DNA of 42,204 nt from assembly GCA_036392575.1 (NCBI GenBank), contig DASVXS010000151.1, forward strand, positions 1 through 42,204. Reading direction: 5' to 3'. The position numbers were made by a program, and so were the translations under genes. The stretch is from Thermoleophilaceae bacterium (lineage in GTDB: Bacteria; Actinomycetota; Thermoleophilia; Solirubrobacterales; Thermoleophilaceae). The notes beneath the pieces were generated by a model, which was not told where the DNA came from, searched no databases, and saw only the letters and a program-made list of their open reading frames with translations. Below are positions 16,314-25,766 of this stretch, in pieces. The stretch's first letter is position 1, and each line of letters begins with the position of its first letter.

Positions 16314-18233
16314 CTAGGGCGCGACGCCCATTCTCGTGCCCGCCTCCCCCTCGGGAGCGGCGGTGAGGATTACGCGGCAGGGGGCCTTTTCGAACACGTA
16401 GCGGGTCACGTCGCCCACCACCTTGTCGCGCGGGCCCCCGCGCCCGCCCAGCAGGGCGCCGCCGCGGACCTTCGACGGCGACTCGGCGGCAAGCACGATC
16501 ACGTCCACGCCGCGCCGTCGCGCCTCGTCCACGATCCCGGCGCCCACCGAGCGCGCGCGCACCACCGCGGTCGCCACCTCGACGCCCTCGTACTCCTCCC
16601 CCACCTCCTTGGCGCGCGAGAGCGCCTTCCGCGCCGCCTTGATGCGATCCTCCGGCATGCGCGCGTCGAGCGGCAGCGACATCGGCACCTCGAGCACGTA
16701 GAGCGCCTCGATCACGGTGCCGCCCTCACCGGGGTCGCCGTCCTCCGACGCGAGCCGCCCGGCCGTGCCGATGATGTCGTCGTCCAGGTCGGACCCGAAG
16801 ACGGGCACGAGGATGCTCCCGTACTCAACCTCTGGCGCGTCCTGCAGCGCGGTGGGGGGGATCGTGAAGCGGCGCGTGAGCGACTTGCCCGCCGTCTTCC
16901 GGTAGATCACGTAGAGAAGCAGCCCGCCTGCCAGCCAGCCGAAGCCGACGTAGCGGGCGCCGGAATGCAGGATCACGACGCTCACCCAGCCGGCGCCGGC
17001 GAGGATCGCGCCGAGCACCGCGGGCACCGGCAGGTCCGCCCCGCGGACCCTCACGGACCAGGGAATGCGGTAGGGACGCGGCAGGTCGGGCTCGCGGAAG
17101 CGCAGCGTGATGATGGACAAGTGCGCGAGCAGGAACGCGAGCATCGCGCCGAAGGCGAAGATGCCCGCCATGAACTTCAGGTCGTGGCTGAACACGAGCC
17201 CGAACGCCATCAGCGACGCGACGATGATCGCCACGTACGGCGTGGAGTAGCGGGCCGTGAGGCGGCCGAGGTCGCTCGGGATCTGTCTATTGGTGGCGAG
17301 CGAGTAGGCGAGCCGGGCGAACCCGAGCATCTGCCCGTTCACGGCGGTCATGAGCACGAGCGCACCGACCGCGCCGAGCGAGTAGCGCAGCGCGTGCATC
17401 AGCCAGTCCGGGTCGTAGGAGTTGGCGACGCCGAGCAGCGGCTCCTCCACGTAGCGGGTTCCGAGCTGCGTCTCGCCGTTCACCACGGGCACGTTGAGGA
17501 GCGCCACGATCGAGATCATCACGAGCACGATCAGCGCCGAGATGCCGCCTACGAAGACGAGGCGGCGAAGCGCCCGCCGGCCCACGCGTATCTCGCTGGC
17601 GAGTCCCGACGCGGCCTCGATCCCGGTGAGCGCGACCGTCGCCACCGCCGAGGCGAAGATCAGGTCCTCCCAGGTCGGGGAGCTGCCCAGGTGGATGCTG
17701 TCGGTGATCAGGCCGAAATCGGACGAATTGGCGAAGCCCGCGATCACGACTACGGCCAGCAGCACGAGGTTCGCGATGCCGAGCCGCAGCAGGAATTGGA
17801 GACTCATCGGCGAGAGCCCGCGGATGTTCCACCAGGCCACCCACGCGATCACCCCCGCGGCGATCACCAGCTCCAGGCCCGAGCTGTCGAGTTGTCCCCA
17901 GAACCCGGCGAGGTAGTGCGAGACCGTGAACGACGCCATCGCCATCACGATCAGGTAGTCGAGGATGATCGCCCAGCCGGCGATGAAGCTCCAGAGCTCG
18001 TTGAAGGCGTAGCGCGCGAACGTGGACGCGCCACCGCGCTCCGGATGGAGGGCGTTGCCCTCCACGTAGGTCATCATCGTGAGCACGAAGAAGAAGCTCG
18101 CGCCGAGGAACACGAGCGGCGTCATGCCGAGCGCGTCGCCCGCCACCACGCCGAGCACGAAGTAGGCGGCCGAGCCGACGCTCGTGAGCGCTATCGCGAA
18201 GAGCGCCGGCGAGCCGACGCCGCGCCACCTCAC
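16314..18233 (-). CDS. APC-superfamily permease fused to a C-terminal universal stress protein (USP) domain
   Basis: 639 aa with about 12 TM segments (ERGGASTFARYAFNELWSFIAGWAIILDY). The C-terminal roughly 150 aa are USP-like (ILVPVFGSDLDD...VDVIVLAA...VGDVTRYVFEKAPCRVIL). The GTG start overlaps the upstream stop (GTGA at 18230-18233). Confidence 0.85.
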   Translation of the reverse strand: MRWRGVGSPALFAIALTSVGSAAYFVLGVVAGDALGMTPLVFLGASFFFVLTMMTYVEGNALHPERGGASTFARYAFNELWSFIAGWAIILDYLIVMAMASFTVSHYLAGFWGQLDSSGLELVIAAGVIAWVAWWNIRGLSPMSLQFLLRLGIANLVLLAVVVIAGFANSSDFGLITDSIHLGSSPTWEDLIFASAVATVALTGIEAASGLASEIRVGRRALRRLVFVGGISALIVLVMISIVALLNVPVVNGETQLGTRYVEEPLLGVANSYDPDWLMHALRYSLGAVGALVLMTAVNGQMLGFARLAYSLATNRQIPSDLGRLTARYSTPYVAIIVASLMAFGLVFSHDLKFMAGIFAFGAMLAFLLAHLSIITLRFREPDLPRPYRIPWSVRVRGADLPVPAVLGAILAGAGWVSVVILHSGARYVGFGWLAGGLLLYVIYRKTAGKSLTRRFTIPPTALQDAPEVEYGSILVPVFGSDLDDDIIGTAGRLASEDGDPGEGGTVIEALYVLEVPMSLPLDARMPEDRIKAARKALSRAKEVGEEYEGVEVATAVVRARSVGAGIVDEARRRGVDVIVLAAESPSKVRGGALLGGRGGPRDKVVGDVTRYVFEKAPCRVILTAAPEGEAGTRMGVAP

Positions 18234-18433
18234 GTCGGAGGCCGCGAGCGCGGCTCCTGGCGGGTGGCGAGGTAGAAGCGCGCTGCGCCGAGCAGCGCGA
18301 ACAGGACGCCCAGGACCACGCCGAGCGCCAGCGGACCACCTCCGCGCGCGAGCGTGACTACGACGATGACGACCCCGAGGACGAAGATCAGTGCGCCCAT
18401 CACCCGTGTGGACTCTCTGTATGCGCGCTGCAC
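18230..18433 (-). CDS. small two-TM membrane protein, hypothetical
   Basis: 67-aa ORF with VMGALIFVLGVVIVVVTL and LALGVVLGVLFALLGAARFYL. It is translationally coupled to the downstream permease. No family recognised, start uncertain. Confidence 0.5.
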   Translation of the reverse strand: MQRAYRESTRVMGALIFVLGVVIVVVTLARGGGPLALGVVLGVLFALLGAARFYLATRQEPRSRPPT

Positions 18434-18490
18434 GCGCGGGATGTTAGACCCGCCTTCTGGACTAGTGGAAACCGGGTTCGGCGGCCGCTC

Positions 18491-20374
18491 TCAGGCGGCC
18501 AGGCGACGCTCGTGCGTGCCGTTCCCCGACTCGATGATGACGCGCGCGGGCCGCTCCGCCAGCACCGTCTCGATGGTGCGGCCGAACGGCGTGCCGCCGG
18601 CGCGCCTCCGCGGCACCGACATGACGATCGCCCGTGCGCGGATGTCACGCGCCTCGTCGACGATCCGCCGGCCGGCCTCGCCCGGACGGACCTTCTCCCA
18701 GCGGCCGGTCACGCGCCTGCCCCCGAGCACATGCGCGGAGTCAATGGTGGCCTGTGCCACCTCCTCCTGCTCGGGCAGCTCCGCGTCGATCGGCGAGCTG
18801 TTCGGCACCGTGATCAGCACGAGCACGTAGATCCCGCGGCGGCGGCGCGCGGCGAGCTTGGCGGCGGTCGCGACTGCCTCGGGCTCGTACTGGTCGTCCT
18901 CGAAGGCGACGAGGATCGACTCGTACTCCACCTCGTGCTCCACGATCGGCTGGGGCAGCACGATCTTCGTCGTCTGCGTGAGGCTCAGGCCCTGGCGGCG
19001 TCGGTAGATCACGTAGGTCGAGATCCCGATCGTCAGCCAAACCGCGCCCGCTATGGCGGTGGACGCGTTCAGCACGGTCACCACCACCCACGCCGACGCC
19101 GTGCCAAGTCCGCCCGCTACGGCGAAGAACGGCAGGTTCCGGCCCGCGACGCGGATCTGCCCCGGGCCTCGCCAGGGGCGCTCGACGTCCGGCTGATTGA
19201 TGCGAAGCGCGATCACCGCCGCGTGCGCGATCGTGAACGAGAGCATCGCCCCGAAGGCGTAGATCTGGCCGAGGAAGTCCGCCTTGCCCGGGATGATCGT
19301 GAGGCACGCGACCGCGCCGAACATGATGATCGCGATGTACGGCGTGCGGAAGCGCGGGTGCAGCTGACGGAGTCGCTCAGGCAGCTGCCGGTGCTGCCCC
19401 ATCGAGTAGGTGAGCCGCGACACCCCGATCAGCCCGGCGTTGGTGGCGATGAACAGGATCGTGGCGGCCAGGATGCCCACGTAGATCTCCGCGGGGTGCT
19501 GCAGGAAGCCGAGGTCCATGTTCTTCACCACGCCGAGAATGGGATCGCCCGCGTAGCCGCCCTTCTCCTCGGACAGCGCCAGAAGCGTCTGGCCGTTCTT
19601 GACCGGCATGGCGGAAAGCGCGATCGACGGCAGGAACGCATAGATCGCGACCACGGCCGCGACCACGAACCCGATCGATCTCGGGATCGTATGCCCGTAG
19701 TCCCTCGCCTCCTCGGCCATGTTCGAGATCGTCTCGATGCCCGTGTAGGCGACCATGCCCACCGGGATCGCGATCAGGAAGTCGGTGACCGTCGGGTAGG
19801 TGCCGAAGTCGATGTTGTTGACGAGCGTGGACGGCGAGAACACCAGCACGAAGCCCACGATCACGAGCAGCAGCTGGGTGATGAAATCGGCGATCGCGAG
19901 AAAGACGTTCAGCCCGGCCGCTTCCCTCACGCCCACGATGTTCAGGAGGCCGAGCAGCACCACCACGCCGATGCCGAAGAAGATGTCGCCGGGCGAGGAG
20001 CGCAGCGGCTCCCAGAACACGCCGAGGTAGTGCGGCACGAAGAACGCCGAGATGGCGACCGTGATGATGTAGTTGAGCATCTGGCCCCAGGCCGCGAAGA
20101 AGGACCAGAACTCGTTGAAGGCGTGCCGCGCGAATGACGAGGAGCCGCCCGCCTCCGGGTACATCGCGGTCGCTTCGGCGTAGGTGGCAGCCGTGGCCGC
20201 GAAGATCAGCCCGGAGATGATGAACACGACCGGCGTCATCCCGAGCGCGAACGACGCCACGAGGCCCAGGGCGTAGTAGATCGAGCTGCCCACGTTGCCG
20301 TAGGCGGTGCTGAATAGCGCGCCCGTTCCGAGCACGCGCTCGAGTCCTTGGTTTTTGGGCCTGCGTTCGGCCAT
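18491..20374 (-). CDS. APC-superfamily permease fused to a C-terminal USP domain (paralogue of 16314..18233)
   Basis: 627 aa. EAGGSSSFARHAFNEFWSFFAAWGQMLNY aligns with the paralogue. USP-like C-terminus (ILVAFEDDQYEPEAVATAAKLAA...ARAIVMS...TIETVLAERPARVII). Confidence 0.85.
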   Translation of the reverse strand: MAERRPKNQGLERVLGTGALFSTAYGNVGSSIYYALGLVASFALGMTPVVFIISGLIFAATAATYAEATAMYPEAGGSSSFARHAFNEFWSFFAAWGQMLNYIITVAISAFFVPHYLGVFWEPLRSSPGDIFFGIGVVVLLGLLNIVGVREAAGLNVFLAIADFITQLLLVIVGFVLVFSPSTLVNNIDFGTYPTVTDFLIAIPVGMVAYTGIETISNMAEEARDYGHTIPRSIGFVVAAVVAIYAFLPSIALSAMPVKNGQTLLALSEEKGGYAGDPILGVVKNMDLGFLQHPAEIYVGILAATILFIATNAGLIGVSRLTYSMGQHRQLPERLRQLHPRFRTPYIAIIMFGAVACLTIIPGKADFLGQIYAFGAMLSFTIAHAAVIALRINQPDVERPWRGPGQIRVAGRNLPFFAVAGGLGTASAWVVVTVLNASTAIAGAVWLTIGISTYVIYRRRQGLSLTQTTKIVLPQPIVEHEVEYESILVAFEDDQYEPEAVATAAKLAARRRRGIYVLVLITVPNSSPIDAELPEQEEVAQATIDSAHVLGGRRVTGRWEKVRPGEAGRRIVDEARDIRARAIVMSVPRRRAGGTPFGRTIETVLAERPARVIIESGNGTHERRLAA

Positions 20375-20422
20375 CTACTCGAAACCTACAACCGACTCGG
20401 GCGACATTTCCCCCAAAGGACC

Positions 20423-20464
20423 AGAAAAAGAACCGGGCCCGGGGAGAAATCGCCCCGGGCCCGG
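20423..20464 (-). terminator. strong rho-independent terminator between hppA and the APC::USP gene
   Basis: Perfect 12-bp GC stem, CCGGGCCCGGGG (20433-20444) with CCCCGGGCCCGG (20453-20464), and an 8-nt loop. On the minus strand it is followed by TTCTTTTTCT (complement of 20423-20432). Confidence 0.75.
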
Positions 20465-20565
20465 AAAGGCGGCGAAAACCAAGCTGGGCAAGGACGCAGG
20501 GAGCGACGTGTGCTCTGCACACGAGTCTCCCGAGGACGCCGCCCAGCGCCGGTTTGCAGCCGCCT

Positions 20566-22635
20566 CTACACGAGGAACGGGATGATGAGGATGGCGACGA
20601 TGTTCGCGACCTTGATCATGGGGTTGATGGCCGGGCCGGCGGTGTCCTTGTAGGGATCGCCGACCGTGTCGCCGGTGACCGACGCGGCATGGGCCTCCGA
20701 GCCCTTGCCGCCGAACTCGCCGTCCTCGATCAGCTTCTTGGCGTTGTCCCACGCCCCGCCGCCGGAGGTCATCGAGACCGCGGCGAAGAAGCCGACCACG
20801 ATCACGCCGATCAGCAGCCCGCCGAGCGCCTGATACGAGAGCAGGCCCACGATCAGCGGGATGAGGATGGGGATGAGCGCCGGAACGATCATCTCCCTCT
20901 GGGCAGCGGCCGTCACGATCGACACCGCGCGGGCGTAGTCCGGCGTGTCCGTGCCCTCCATGATCCCGGGCTTCTCGCGGAACTGCCGGCGGACCTCCTC
21001 GACCACGCCGCCGCCGGCGCGGCCGACCGCCTCGATCGCGAGCGCCGAGAACAGGTAGACCATCATGCCGCCGAGCAGTAGGCCGATCAGCACCTCCGGC
21101 TGGGAGATGTCGAACGACTTGAGCGGCTTGCTGCCGGCCTCGTCTTGCAGCTCGATGATGAAGGCGGCGAACAGCACGAGCGCCGCGAGCACGGCTGAGC
21201 CGATCGCGTAACCCTTCGTGACCGCCTTCGTGGTGTTGCCGACGGCGTCGAGCGGATCGGTGACGTTGCGTACCTCCTCGGGGAGGTCCGCCATCTCGGC
21301 GATGCCGCCGGCGTTGTCCGTGATCGGGCCGAACGCGTCGAGCGCGACGATCAGGCCGGTCAGCGACAGCTGCGCCATCACCGCCACGCCGACGCCGTAG
21401 ATGCCGGCCAGCTCGTTGGCGCCCAGGATGCCGAGCGCGATCAGGATCGCCGGGGCTGCCGTGGACTGGAAGCCCTGCGCGAGGCCCTGGATGATGTTCG
21501 TGGCATGACCCGTCTGCGACGCGCGCGCGGTGGTGCGCACCGGGCGGAAGCGGGTGGACGTGTAGTAGTCCGTGATCACGAACAGGCCGGCGGTGACGGC
21601 GAGGCCGATCAGGGTGCAGAGCCAGTAGTCCCAGGGGCCTGCGCCGATCGCGCCGTGGAGCAGGCTGGGAGCGTCGGGCCGCACGCGCAGGTCGTCCATC
21701 AGCCACTGCGTGACGGGGATGAAGGCGACCGCGGCGATCACCGCTGACGCGATCAGACCCTGGTAGAGCGCGCGCTCAACGTTCCCGGCGCGGCTACGGA
21801 CGAAGAAGGTGCCGACGATCGACGCGAGGAGTGACACGCCGCCGACGACGAGCGGGAACACCGCGGCGTCGCGCTGGTTCGTGAACGTGAGAACGCCGAG
21901 AAGCATCACGGCGACCGCGGTGACCGCGTAGGTCTCGAAGAGGTCGGCGGCCATGCCGGCGCAGTCGCCCACGTTGTCGCCCACGTTGTCGGCGATCACG
22001 GCCGGGTTTCGCGGGTCGTCCTCGGGAATGCCGGCCTCGATCTTGCCGACCAGGTCCGCGCCGACGTCGGCGGCCTTCGTGAAGATGCCGCCGCCGAGGC
22101 GGGCGAACACCGAGATCAGGGAGCCGCCGAAGCCGAGGCCCACCAGGGCGTCGACGGCGGTCTTGTCGCTCTCGCCGGCGAGGAGCAGTACGCCGTAGTA
22201 GCCGGCCACGCCCAGGAGCGCGAGGCCCGCGACCAGGAGGCCGGTGACCGCGCCGCCGCGGAACGCGACCTCGAGCGCGGCGCTGACACCGCTGCGGGCG
22301 CGCTCCGCCACTCGTGCGTTCGCGCGCACGGAGACGTTCATGCCGATGAAGCCGGCCGCGCCCGAGAGCGTGCCGCCGATCACGAATCCGATCGCCGTGC
22401 GACCGTCGATCGCGACGGCGAGAACGATCGCGATCACGACGGCTACGCCGGCGATGATCTGGTACTGGCGCTTCAGGTAGGCCTCGGCCCCCTGCTGCAC
22501 GGCGCGAGAGATGTTCGCCATCGTCTCGGTGCCGGGCGACATGGCCAGCAGCCAGCGGGACGTGGTCAGTCCGTAGACCACCGCCGCCCCGGCGCAGCCA
22601 AGCGCGCCGATGATTCCCCAATCAACTGTGCTCAA
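20566..22635 (-). CDS. hppA: membrane-bound proton-translocating pyrophosphatase, K+-independent signature
   Basis: 689 aa with about 16 TM segments. [37 protein letters not shown] (Lys in the GNTT[A/K]A motif), [25 protein letters not shown] start with GGAGGA 7 nt upstream. Confidence 0.95.
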   Translation of the reverse strand: MSTVDWGIIGALGCAGAAVVYGLTTSRWLLAMSPGTETMANISRAVQQGAEAYLKRQYQIIAGVAVVIAIVLAVAIDGRTAIGFVIGGTLSGAAGFIGMNVSVRANARVAERARSGVSAALEVAFRGGAVTGLLVAGLALLGVAGYYGVLLLAGESDKTAVDALVGLGFGGSLISVFARLGGGIFTKAADVGADLVGKIEAGIPEDDPRNPAVIADNVGDNVGDCAGMAADLFETYAVTAVAVMLLGVLTFTNQRDAAVFPLVVGGVSLLASIVGTFFVRSRAGNVERALYQGLIASAVIAAVAFIPVTQWLMDDLRVRPDAPSLLHGAIGAGPWDYWLCTLIGLAVTAGLFVITDYYTSTRFRPVRTTARASQTGHATNIIQGLAQGFQSTAAPAILIALGILGANELAGIYGVGVAVMAQLSLTGLIVALDAFGPITDNAGGIAEMADLPEEVRNVTDPLDAVGNTTKAVTKGYAIGSAVLAALVLFAAFIIELQDEAGSKPLKSFDISQPEVLIGLLLGGMMVYLFSALAIEAVGRAGGGVVEEVRRQFREKPGIMEGTDTPDYARAVSIVTAAAQREMIVPALIPILIPLIVGLLSYQALGGLLIGVIVVGFFAAVSMTSGGGAWDNAKKLIEDGEFGGKGSEAHAASVTGDTVGDPYKDTAGPAINPMIKVANIVAILIIPFLV

Positions 22636-22705
22636 GAAGTAGTCCTCCGGATTCGGATGCCCTGGGCCCCGCGTGCGGGCGCCGGATGTCGCGTGCGCAG
22701 TCGCT

Positions 22706-23515
22706 TCAGTGTGCTATCGCGCTTTGAAGCGCCGTCGCGCAGATGTCTTCCGGCTGCGGCCCGATTCTGGGCACCGCCTGGAACAAGAGGTCGCGCAGTT
22801 TAGCGAGGTTCTCGGCGAAAACCCGGAGCGCCATCTCGGCCGAGACCGGCTCTACGTGCGGGCTTCCCTCGAGTCCGACGTCGTAGTCCGTAACGAGCGA
22901 CACGTTTGCGTAGCAGAGCTCGAGCTCGCGCGCCAGCCAGGCCTCGGGGTACTGAGTCATGTTCACGACGTCCCACCCGGCCGCCGCGAACCAGCGCGAC
23001 TCGGCACGCGTCGAGAAGCGCGGCCCCTGGATCACGACGACCGTGCCGCCATCCACCACGGGGATGTCGAGCCGGCGTGCGCAGTCGACCAGGATGCCGC
23101 GAAGCTCCGGGCAGTACGGCTCCGCGGCGGACGCGTGCGTGGTGCCCGGCCCGTCGTAGAAAGTGTCGCGGCGCCCGCTCGTGCGGTCGACGAACTGGTC
23201 GACTACGACGAACGTGCCGGGCTGGAGCTCGGGCTTCAGCGAGCCGCACGCGGACGGCCCGATCAGCCGCCGCACTCCCACCTCCTTCATCGCCCAGAGG
23301 TTCGCGCGGTAGTCGATGCGGTGCGGCGGCAGCTCGTGCTTGTCGCCGTGCCGAGGCATGAACGCCACCGCCGTCCCGTCGATGTGACCGATCCGGATCG
23401 GGGCGGAGTGAGGCCCGTACGGCGTCTCGACCGTGACGGCCTCGGTGTCGTCAAGGAACTCGTAGAAGCCGGAGCCGCCGAAGATGCCGACGTGCGGCCG
23501 CGCCTCGGGGCTCAC
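22706..23515 (-). CDS. mtnP: S-methyl-5'-thioadenosine phosphorylase
   Basis: 269 aa: [60 protein letters not shown]. The GTG start overlaps the upstream stop (GTGA). Confidence 0.9.
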   Translation of the reverse strand: MSPEARPHVGIFGGSGFYEFLDDTEAVTVETPYGPHSAPIRIGHIDGTAVAFMPRHGDKHELPPHRIDYRANLWAMKEVGVRRLIGPSACGSLKPELQPGTFVVVDQFVDRTSGRRDTFYDGPGTTHASAAEPYCPELRGILVDCARRLDIPVVDGGTVVVIQGPRFSTRAESRWFAAAGWDVVNMTQYPEAWLARELELCYANVSLVTDYDVGLEGSPHVEPVSAEMALRVFAENLAKLRDLLFQAVPRIGPQPEDICATALQSAIAH

Positions 23516-23928
23516 GTGCCGGGCGGAGTCCAGATCTTGGAACGGGCCTTGGCGCGCTCCTGGTCCTCAGCGGACGGCTCGGATGGCTGGTCCTCCGCTG
23601 GCTGCTCCTGTCCGGCGCCGCCGCCCGCCTCGCGCGCGTAGGCGACCTGCAGCTGCGAGAGCGCGTCGCGCACGGGCGCCATCTCATCGTCGGGCAGCAG
23701 TGGCAGCAGCGCACGCACCGCGTCGATGCCGAGCCGTGCCTGCTCGAGGTCCTTCTCCTCGGGCGCGCCGGTCAGTCCGAGACGGCGGCCGCTCAGGTTC
23801 ACAAGGCTCACCACCGTCTGGAGCACTACGTCGCGGACGGTGATCTTGCGCATCTGCTCCTCGAGCGCTGCGCGAAGCTCCTCCTCGGTCGGCTGCCGCT
23901 GGCCTCCCTCCTGTCCTTCCTGCGTCAA
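23512..23928 (-). CDS. DUF1844-like protein
   Basis: ORF 23512..24099 trimmed to the TTG at 23928. This start overlaps the GCS2 stop as TTGA and has GGGGGTGA upstream. Sequence: ITVRDVVLQTVVSLVNLSGRRLGL...EKDLEQARLGIDAVRALLPLL, with an acidic Gln/Glu-rich tail. Confidence 0.6.
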   Translation of the reverse strand: MTQEGQEGGQRQPTEEELRAALEEQMRKITVRDVVLQTVVSLVNLSGRRLGLTGAPEEKDLEQARLGIDAVRALLPLLPDDEMAPVRDALSQLQVAYAREAGGGAGQEQPAEDQPSEPSAEDQERAKARSKIWTPPGT

Positions 23929-25070
23929 GTCGTCACCCCCTCTGCCGCTGCGTAGGTCCTCTGCGTAGCCTCCACCTCGGCGGCGAAGACCTCCTCCATG
24001 CTCGCACCACTGCGCAGCGCACGTCGCTGTCGCTGGGCGCCGTTCTCGGCCGGCACCTGCACGTCGATTCCGAGCAGCGCCCGCGCGGGCGCGGTCCACG
24101 CGAGCAGCCGGTCGGGCAACGCCGCGGCCGGGAACTCCTCGAGGCGGTCGAGGTCGAGCATCTTGCCATCGAGCCCGAAGCGGATCGCGCGCCAGAAGTT
24201 CTCTTCGATCAGACGCCGCGGTTTCGGCTCGTACGGCACGCTCTCGTCGTGGTCCATCACGGCCTGCGCCAAGCAGGCCGCGATGAGCGCCTCGAGCGCG
24301 CTCGACTCCTCAGCCGTGCTCTGCGCGTCGCAGATGCGCACCTCCACGGTGCCGAAGGAGCGGTGGGGCCGGATGCTCCACCAGATCTGCGTGTCCTCGA
24401 CGATCGAGCCGGTCCGGTAGAGCATGTCGATGTACTCCTCGTACACGGCGGCAGTGCCGTAGTGATCCGGAATGCCGCAGCGGGGGAAGCTCTTGGTGAA
24501 GATCTGGGTGCGAACGGTGTGCAGGCCGGTGTCGCGGCCCTCGAGGAAGATCGAGTTCGCCGAGATCGCCAGCAGCTCGGGCAGCACGGGGCGCAGGCGG
24601 TCGCACACCGCGACTGCGCGGTCGGCGTCCCTCACGCCCACGTGCACGTGGGTGCTGAACGTGTTGTTGCGCCACGCGACGTACTTGAGGCCCTCCTCGA
24701 CGCGCCGGTAGTGCTCGGTGTCGATGATGTGCTGCTCGCGGTAATCGGCCCACGGGTGCGTCCCGGTCGCACACAGCAGCACACCGTGGTCGCCGGCCAG
24801 ACGGAACAGCCGCCGGCGCGCCTCCTGCTGAGCGGCCAGCGCGTCGGCGAGCGTCTGCCCTCGGCCCGAGCGGATCTCGATCTCCGAGGAGATCAGCTCA
24901 CCGGCGATCGAGTCGGCGAGCACGTCGTCCTGCTGCGCGGCCTGGCGGAGCTCCTCGAAGCGCTGCGCGAGATCCCGGCTGCCCGGGTCGAGGATCCCGA
25001 ACTCCTCCTCGAGCCCAACCGTGAAGTCCTCGGAGGCCTCGAAGACCTCCCGCAGAGCAGCTGCGTGCAT
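23925..25070 (-). CDS. carboxylate-amine ligase, YbdK/GCS2 (glutamate-cysteine ligase family 2) type
   Basis: 381 aa: FTVGLEEEFGILD, STHVHVGV, TGLHTVRTQIF...FPRCGIP, IWWSIRPHRSFGTVEVRICD. Confidence 0.85.
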   Translation of the reverse strand: MHAAALREVFEASEDFTVGLEEEFGILDPGSRDLAQRFEELRQAAQQDDVLADSIAGELISSEIEIRSGRGQTLADALAAQQEARRRLFRLAGDHGVLLCATGTHPWADYREQHIIDTEHYRRVEEGLKYVAWRNNTFSTHVHVGVRDADRAVAVCDRLRPVLPELLAISANSIFLEGRDTGLHTVRTQIFTKSFPRCGIPDHYGTAAVYEEYIDMLYRTGSIVEDTQIWWSIRPHRSFGTVEVRICDAQSTAEESSALEALIAACLAQAVMDHDESVPYEPKPRRLIEENFWRAIRFGLDGKMLDLDRLEEFPAAALPDRLLAWTAPARALLGIDVQVPAENGAQRQRRALRSGASMEEVFAAEVEATQRTYAAAEGVTT

Positions 25071-25085
25071 CGCGGTGGGCGGGGT

Positions 25086-25766
25086 CTACGTCAAATAGAA
25101 GTAGAGCGCGTAGAGCAGATCGACGGCCGGGCTCGACGTGTGCACCGTCACCTCCGGCGGGACCTGCAGCAGCGCCTCGGAGTAGTTGAAGATGATCTTC
25201 ACGCCGGCCTCGACGAGGTCGTCGGCAACCGCCTGGGCGGCCTCCGTGGGCACCGCGATCACGCCGACCACGATGTCCTCCTCCTGGACCACCTTGTCGA
25301 GGTCGTCGGTGGGCCGCACCAGCAGTGCGGTCTTGCCTTCGCCGACCTGCTGGCCGATCTTGCGCTCCGAGTTGTCGAAGATGGCCACGACGCGGAACCC
25401 GTGGTCCGCGAAGATGTCCGAGCTCGCGATCGCCTGGCCGAGATGGCCCGCCCCGAACAGCGCGATGTTGTGCTGCCCGGCCGTGCGCAGGATCTTTCGG
25501 ATCTGCGAGACGAGCGAGTCGACGTTGTAGCCGACGCCGCGCTTGCCGAACTTGCCGAAGCCGGATAGGTCCCGGCGGATCTGAGTTGAGTTGACGTGTG
25601 TGTAGTCCGCAAGCTCCTGGGAGGAGATCGTCTCCTTGCCCATCTTCTTGGCCTGCGTGAGCACCTGGAGGTAGCGAGAGAGGCGGGCGGCAACGCCTAG
25701 CGATAGGCGGTCGCCGGTGCCCTCGGCCACGTCCGTGCTGCCGTCATAGAGCTGGTTGATGGTCAC
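25086..25766 (-). CDS. rex: redox-sensing transcriptional repressor Rex
   Basis: 226 aa. Winged helix RLSRYLQVL...ISSQELADYTHVNSTQIRRDLSGFGKFGKRGVGYNV and Rossmann IALFGAGHLGQAIA. The GTG start overlaps the upstream stop (GTGA at 25763-25766). Confidence 0.92.
   Translation of the reverse strand: MTINQLYDGSTDVAEGTGDRLSLGVAARLSRYLQVLTQAKKMGKETISSQELADYTHVNSTQIRRDLSGFGKFGKRGVGYNVDSLVSQIRKILRTAGQHNIALFGAGHLGQAIASSDIFADHGFRVVAIFDNSERKIGQQVGEGKTALLVRPTDDLDKVVQEEDIVVGVIAVPTEAAQAVADDLVEAGVKIIFNYSEALLQVPPEVTVHTSSPAVDLLYALYFYLT

Noticed and set aside
16203-20137. Long plus-strand ORFs 16203..18275 (690 aa) and 18512..20137 (541 aa)
   Set aside because: They are antisense shadows of the two APC::USP permeases. 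They are extremely Arg/His/Asp/Glu-rich and have no membrane or domain signatures.
20375-20565. c-di-AMP (ydaO-type) riboswitch upstream of the putative K+/solute transporter cluster
   Set aside because: The expected conserved blocks, as I recall them (GGGGA..CC, GGGGUGAAUC, ACCCGA-type), and the pseudo-twofold architecture are not visible. The structure is a simple nested rod. It is retained only as an unclassified structured element.
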